Shown here: in pieces, positions 59,574 through 64,000 of the stretch
How the letters are laid out: each line of letters starts with the position of its first letter
How positions within the stretch are numbered: the stretch's first letter is position 1
NCBI GenBank assembly: GCA_031362885.1
Contig: JANLTJ010000212.1
Span: 975-64,974, forward strand
DNA length: 64,000 nt
Reading direction: 5' to 3'
Origin: Betaproteobacteria bacterium
GTDB taxonomy: Bacteria > Pseudomonadota > Gammaproteobacteria > Burkholderiales > JACQAP01
Position numbers and translations under genes: made by a program
Notes under the pieces: model-generated
Databases searched by the model: none
What the model was told of the DNA's origin: nothing
The model's input: the letters and a program-made list of their open reading frames with translations, nothing else

Positions 59574-60377
59574 ATGACGCCATCCGGCATTGAGCATCCG
59601 ATCGGAATCTTCGACTCCGGTGTCGGCGGACTGACCGTCCTGCGCGCCGTGCGGCAGGCGCTGCCGTGCGAACATCTCGTTTACGTCGCCGACACGGCCC
59701 ATGTGCCTTACGGGCAAAAATCGCCCGGGCAGATTCGCGCCCGTGCGCTCGCCATTGGCGAATTTCTGATGGCGCAAGGCGCCAAACTCATCGTCGTCGC
59801 CTGCAACACGGCGACCGCCGCTGCCATTGAAGACTTGCGCGCGCAACTACCAGTGGCCTGTGTGGGCGTCGAACCCGCGATCAAACCCGCCGTGGCCGCC
59901 ACACGCAGCGGCGTCGTCGGCGTACTGGCGACGCCGGCTACCCTCGCCAGCACGCGCTACCGCTCCCTGATCGAACGCTATGCCTCCGGCGTGCGTATCG
60001 TTGCGCAGCCTTGCGCCGGTTTGGCGGAGCACATCGAACGCGGCAATCTGGACAGTGCGCACACCGAGGCTCTACTGCGCGGTTTTGTCATGCCGCTGCT
60101 GCGTGAAGGCGCCGACGTCATCGTACTGGGCTGCACCCACTATCCGCTGGTCGCGCATATTGTTCAGCGTCTCGCCGGTCCCGGCGTGGCGGTTGTGGAA
60201 AACGGCGGCGCCGTGGCACGGGAGGTGGCCAGGCAGTTGACGCTGCGATCTGCGCCGCGCGGAACAACAACGGGAAGCGAACGCTTCTGGTCGAGCGGGC
60301 CAACTCAGCCGATGGAAGCCTTGCTGGCCCACCTCTGGGCGCCAGATGCGCGGGTCGAGCGCCTACCGGGATCCTGA
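59574..60377 (+). CDS. murI: glutamate racemase
   Basis: 267 aa. IGIFDSGVGGLTVL...VVACNTATA...VLGCTHYP. Confidence 0.9.
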   Translation: MTPSGIEHPIGIFDSGVGGLTVLRAVRQALPCEHLVYVADTAHVPYGQKSPGQIRARALAIGEFLMAQGAKLIVVACNTATAAAIEDLRAQLPVACVGVEPAIKPAVAATRSGVVGVLATPATLASTRYRSLIERYASGVRIVAQPCAGLAEHIERGNLDSAHTEALLRGFVMPLLREGADVIVLGCTHYPLVAHIVQRLAGPGVAVVENGGAVAREVARQLTLRSAPRGTTTGSERFWSSGPTQPMEALLAHLWAPDARVERLPGS

Positions 60378-60397
60378 ACCGGCGATCCTGAACCGGC
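60370..60397. repeat. perfect 14-nt tandem duplication (GATCCTGAACCGGC x2) covering the murI stop codon
   Basis: 60370-60383 and 60384-60397 are identical. The murI TGA is at 60375-60377, and a second TGA copy is at 60389-60391. Confidence 0.9.
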
Positions 60398-60404
60398 ATC
60401 CGAT

Positions 60405-60701
60405 TCAAGACCGCAGGCGCTTAAAAGTCTTGACCAGTCGCAGTACGCCCAGAATGATCAATCCGCCGCGATAACCCAGGCGCAACCATTTTCCAGGGCC
60501 GACCGCCACCAGGGCGGCGGCCGTCACGGCGAGTGCCAGCGGATGCGATTTCGCCAGGCGATACCCGCGCCACGCGAGATCGGTGAAGGCAAGCGACGCT
60601 CGCAAGCACCCGGCCTGCGCCGCCAACTGGCCACGCTCTACTCCCGCCCGCGCCACCAGCATGCGGCGCCGTTCAACGATGGCACGCAATCGGACACTCA
60701 T
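60405..60701 (-). CDS. YqjK-like small membrane protein
   Basis: 98 aa, Arg-rich N-terminus plus a hydrophobic C-terminal part. Third gene of an ElaB-YqjE-YqjK type cluster, with a 4-nt overlap with the upstream gene. Confidence 0.5.
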   Translation of the reverse strand: MSVRLRAIVERRRMLVARAGVERGQLAAQAGCLRASLAFTDLAWRGYRLAKSHPLALAVTAAALVAVGPGKWLRLGYRGGLIILGVLRLVKTFKRLRS

Positions 60702-61102
60702 GGATCGACCGCACGATCGCGATCCCGGGCAAGCTCACTGAGAGTGGCCTGAAACAATGGCGGGCGGCTTCGCGCCATGGCTCTGACTTGCCACCAGGCA
60801 AGGAGAGCCGCCACGGCAAACAGGCCGGCCAGGACCAGGGCAACCAGGATCCGGTGGGTATCCCAGAACACAGCCAGCACGGCTACCGAGATCAGCACGA
60901 TCGTGGTAAACGCGAGAAACAGCGCGACAATGGCCCACAACAGCATCGCGGCAAGCCGCGCGACCTGTTCCTCAACTTCGGCGCCGAGCAATTCAATGCG
61001 CGTGTGCGCGATGGCCACGAAAGTCGCCAGCAACTGCCGCAATGAAGCGAACAAGCCTCGCGAAACCCCTGGCGATGGACTGGGACCCGTCTGGTCATCC
61101 AT
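60698..61102 (-). CDS. YqjE-like (phage holin family 3_6 / DUF1469-like) membrane protein
   Basis: MDDQTGPS...LRQLLATFVAIAHTRIELLGAEVEEQ, then two TM helices. Start moved to ATG 61102; the track ORF extends to 61207 and overlaps the ElaB-like gene. Confidence 0.55.
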   Translation of the reverse strand: MDDQTGPSPSPGVSRGLFASLRQLLATFVAIAHTRIELLGAEVEEQVARLAAMLLWAIVALFLAFTTIVLISVAVLAVFWDTHRILVALVLAGLFAVAALLAWWQVRAMARSRPPLFQATLSELARDRDRAVDP

Positions 61103-61140
61103 ATTTTCGATTGGCGTCTGGCAAGTTATCGTGGCGGTTG

Positions 61141-61452
61141 CTATTTCCTGGCGATCAGCATGCCGATAAGAACACCCGCCACAGCCGCTATTCCGGCCAC
61201 TGTCCACGGGTTGTCGTGAACATAATCGTCAGCCGCTTTCGCGGCTTCACGCGTCTGCCCGGCAACCGCATAGCCGGCCTGCGCTATGCGCGTCTTCGCC
61301 GCGGCGACCGAGGCTTGCGCACGCTCGCGCGCTGCGGCAATGGTTTCGCCAGCCTGTCCGGCGGTGGCACTCAGCAACGCTTCCGCATCGGCCATCACCA
61401 AGCGCAGATCTTCCATCAATTTTTCCGCTGAAACGGTGTTGCTTTTCATCAT
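61141..61452 (-). CDS. ElaB/YqjD/DUF883 family tail-anchored, ribosome-associated stress protein
   Basis: 103 aa. ...DYVHDNPWTVAGIAAVAGVLIGMLIARK C-terminus is the family hallmark. AAGGAGA RBS upstream of ATG 61452. The track ORF (213 aa) is over-extended. Confidence 0.75.
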   Translation of the reverse strand: MMKSNTVSAEKLMEDLRLVMADAEALLSATAGQAGETIAAARERAQASVAAAKTRIAQAGYAVAGQTREAAKAADDYVHDNPWTVAGIAAVAGVLIGMLIARK

Positions 61453-61511
61453 GGTCTCCTTGATCGATGCCTGTTCAACTTCCCTGACAACCGGGGTGCC
61501 GATACGGTCAG

Positions 61512-62153
61512 TTAAGCACGCCTCGGATCGGCGAAATTGATTAATCGCAAACCTTTCAAAGACGCACTCAGCCGCTCCAGAGCCTGACCCCGGTGACTGA
61601 TGAGATTCTTGCGCTTGGGCACAAGTTCCGCAGCCGTCTGATTCACTGCCGGGTCCAGAAACAAAGGGTCGTAGCCGAACCCTCCGGATCCGCGCGCTGC
61701 GTGCAGGATTTCTCCTCGCCACAACCCTTCCGCCACTAACGGCTGCGGGTCGTGTGCGTGATACAGAAGCACAACGACGCAATAATAGTGCGCCTCGCGG
61801 TCCGGCCGCTCGCCGAGCGCATCAAGCAGCTTGGCGTTGTTACGCGCATCGGAGCGGGGTTCGCCGCCATAGCGTGCCGACTGTACGCCCGGGGCTCCCC
61901 CCAGCGCGTCGACACACAGTCCGGAGTCGTCCGCCAGTGCCGGCAGGCCGGTCGCGAGGGCGGCATGCCGCGCTTTCGCCAGCGCATTCTCAATGAATGT
62001 CCCATGCGGCTCGTCGGCCTCCGGTACCGCGAACGCGGATTGCGGCAGCACTTCGATGCCCAGTGGCGCGAGTATCTGACCGATTTCGCGAAGCTTGCCG
62101 AGGTTGTTGCTGGCGATGACAATTTTTTCAAGCACTGGAACCTTGAAGCTCAA
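61512..62153 (-). CDS. rdgB: non-canonical purine NTP pyrophosphatase (dITP/XTP)
   Basis: KIVIASNNLGKLREI...EETGETF-type region (EPHGTFIENA)...GFGYDPLF. The start could instead be GTG 62135. Confidence 0.9.
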   Translation of the reverse strand: MSFKVPVLEKIVIASNNLGKLREIGQILAPLGIEVLPQSAFAVPEADEPHGTFIENALAKARHAALATGLPALADDSGLCVDALGGAPGVQSARYGGEPRSDARNNAKLLDALGERPDREAHYYCVVVLLYHAHDPQPLVAEGLWRGEILHAARGSGGFGYDPLFLDPAVNQTAAELVPKRKNLISHRGQALERLSASLKGLRLINFADPRRA

Positions 62154-62236
62154 AGTAGCGCGGAAACGCTGAGGAAATCCAAACCTGGTTGTTTATTTAA
62201 TGTTTCACTATCCACTGCGTGTTTCTGTTTGCGCCT

Positions 62237-62965
62237 TTACGCTAATGCACTTTTCTCAAGCGCGGCACGCTGCGCGGCAATCAACTGCGCGATGCCCCGT
62301 TCTGCCAGGTCGAGCATCGCGTTCATCTCGTGACGGGAAAATGCCTCGCCCTCGGCCGTGCCCTGCACTTCCACCAATTTCCCGCCACCGGTCATGACCA
62401 CATTCATGTCGGTATCACTAGCCGAGTCCTCCGGGTAATCCAGATCCAGAACCGGTATGCCCTGGTAGATGCCAACGGAAATTGCGGCAACGAAATCGCG
62501 GATCGGCGAAGTGGCGATCAGTTGTTTACGTTTGAGGAAGCTGACCGCGTCGTACAAAGCGACAAAAGCGCCTGTAATGCTCGCGGTGCGCGTACCGCCG
62601 TCGGCCTGGAGGACATCGCAATCGATCTGGATGGTCCGCTCGCCGAGCGCTCCCAGATCGGTCACCGCGCGCAGGCTGCGGCCGATCAGGCGCTGAATTT
62701 CCTGGGTACGTCCGGATTGCTTGCCGCGCGCGGCTTCCCGGTCGGAGCGTGTATTGGTAGACCGGGGCAGCATGCCGTACTCGGCGGTGAGCCAGCCCTG
62801 GCCTTTGCCCTTGAGAAACGGGGGCACCTTCTCCTCGATGCTCGCGGTGCAAATAACCCTGGTGTCGCCGCACTCGATCAGCACCGAGCCTTCCGCATGA
62901 CGTGTGTAGGCACGAGTAATGCACAACTTTCTCAGATGATCGGGTGCACGTCCGCTCAGTCGCAT
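62237..62965 (-). CDS. rph: ribonuclease PH
   Basis: 242 aa. [11 protein letters not shown]...[17 protein letters not shown]...[19 protein letters not shown]. Confidence 0.95.
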   Translation of the reverse strand: MRLSGRAPDHLRKLCITRAYTRHAEGSVLIECGDTRVICTASIEEKVPPFLKGKGQGWLTAEYGMLPRSTNTRSDREAARGKQSGRTQEIQRLIGRSLRAVTDLGALGERTIQIDCDVLQADGGTRTASITGAFVALYDAVSFLKRKQLIATSPIRDFVAAISVGIYQGIPVLDLDYPEDSASDTDMNVVMTGGGKLVEVQGTAEGEAFSRHEMNAMLDLAERGIAQLIAAQRAALEKSALA

Positions 62966-63144
62966 GGTCGTTCTTTCGTGGAGGATGACATCGGAGCCGG
63001 CGGTGCTCTGGGTGCACGACGACGCAAAACGCCGTCGCGCAAGCCGGAAAATGCCCTGATTTGTGTGCTATCTTTTGGGCTCGCCAATTTTGGTGAAATT
63101 CTTCGCCCTTGTAAAGCTTGCGCGCCGGCGAACATCCACACGCC

Positions 63145-64000
63145 ATGATTTACAGCATGACAGGTTATGCGGTTGCCGGCGCCGAATTGGCGTCCGGCGC
63201 GCTCAATGTCGAGTTGCGTTCGGTCAATCATCGATATCTTGATATTCAGTTCCGCATTCCGGACGAACTGCGCCCGCTTGAAGCCGGGTTGCGCGAGAAA
63301 ACGGGCGCTCGAATCGGACGCGGCAAGGTTGAGGTTCGTATCGCCATCAGCAAATCGGCGGTTTCCCCGTCGAACCTGGAGATTGATCGCGCGCTGCTGG
63401 GCCAGCTTGCACGGCTGGATGCGCAGGTGAAAGACGTGCTACCCGAAGCGCAGTCGCTCTCTGTCGCCGAAGTGCTGCGTTGGCCGGGATTGCTCGGCGA
63501 CGATGGTTTTGTGCTGGATGACTTGCAGGAAACCTGCGCGCGGTTGCTGGACCGCGCTCTCGACGATCTGGCGGCCACGCGCGGGAGGGAAGGCGAGAAG
63601 CTCAAGAATCTGCTGCTGGAGCGTGTAACCTCCATGGAGACGCTGGTTGGACAGCTCGCGCCGCGCATGCCGCAGCTGGTATCCAGCTACCGGGAGAAAC
63701 TGGCCGCGCGTCTTCGTGATGCCATGGTCAGTCTGGACGACGAACGCCTGAAACAGGAGCTGGTGTTGTTTGCCTCCAAAATCGACGTTGACGAGGAATT
63801 GTCGCGACTCACCGCTCATTTCAGCGAAATTCGCCGCATCCTCGAAAAAGGCGGTGCCGCTGGAAAACGCCTGGATTTCCTGATGCAGGAGCTCAATCGC
63901 GAAGCAAACACCCTGGGGTCCAAATCGGCCGACCTGGATTTCTCGCAAACGTCGATGAACCTGAAGGTGCTGATCGAGCAAATGCGCGAACAGATTCAGA
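63145..64000 (+). CDS. yicC: YicC family stress-induced protein, N-terminal part (runs off the window end)
   Basis: Not in the track because it is open at the edge. ATG 63145 reads MIYSMTGYAVAGAELASGALNVELRSVNHRYLDIQFRIPDELRPLE.... Divergent from rph, as in E. coli. Confidence 0.85.
   Translation, partial: MIYSMTGYAVAGAELASGALNVELRSVNHRYLDIQFRIPDELRPLEAGLREKTGARIGRGKVEVRIAISKSAVSPSNLEIDRALLGQLARLDAQVKDVLPEAQSLSVAEVLRWPGLLGDDGFVLDDLQETCARLLDRALDDLAATRGREGEKLKNLLLERVTSMETLVGQLAPRMPQLVSSYREKLAARLRDAMVSLDDERLKQELVLFASKIDVDEELSRLTAHFSEIRRILEKGGAAGKRLDFLMQELNREANTLGSKSADLDFSQTSMNLKVLIEQMREQIQ

Noticed and set aside
58300-59577. 425-aa plus-strand ORF
   Set aside because: It lies antisense to hemW, which carries the radical-SAM CxxxCxxC motif. 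It has no motifs of its own.

Overview
GC-rich proteobacterial chromosome segment. The gene order looks betaproteobacterial: erpA-bactofilin-argC-rpsI-rplM, tatABC, murA followed by hisGDCBHAFIE, mlaFEDCB, and kdsDC-lptCAB-rpoN-hpf-ptsN-hprK-rapZ. That placement is inferred from synteny, not from a search. Roughly three quarters of the window is tightly packed core housekeeping with many 1-4 nt stop/start overlaps. The one clearly accessory block is about 17.5 kb (23.4-41.0 kb). It is a 13-gene MSH/T2SS-like type IV filament system sitting exactly in the mlaF <> kdsD divergent junction. Its parts are a sigma-54 enhancer-binding response regulator, an ExeA/MshM-like ATPase fused to a SPOR-like domain, a lipoprotein secretin, a TPR protein, and an MshE-like ATPase with intact c-di-GMP-binding MshEN motifs. 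It also has a GspF-like platform protein, PilM/N-, PilO- and PilP/MshK-like proteins, two paralogous 'LPCP' pilin-like proteins, a convergent polytopic histidine kinase, and a separately transcribed 232-aa pilin behind a near-consensus sigma-54 promoter. Other points are an 857-aa tail-anchored Ala/Glu/Arg/Gln coiled-coil protein between thiG and trmB, an ElaB-YqjE-YqjK module, tRNA-Gly(CCC), and two short tandem duplications that each cover a stop codon. I saw no CRISPR array, rRNA, transposase or integrase. All family calls come from motif recognition in the supplied translations and from reading the DNA; no database search or computation was possible. Start codons that I moved are flagged as such.
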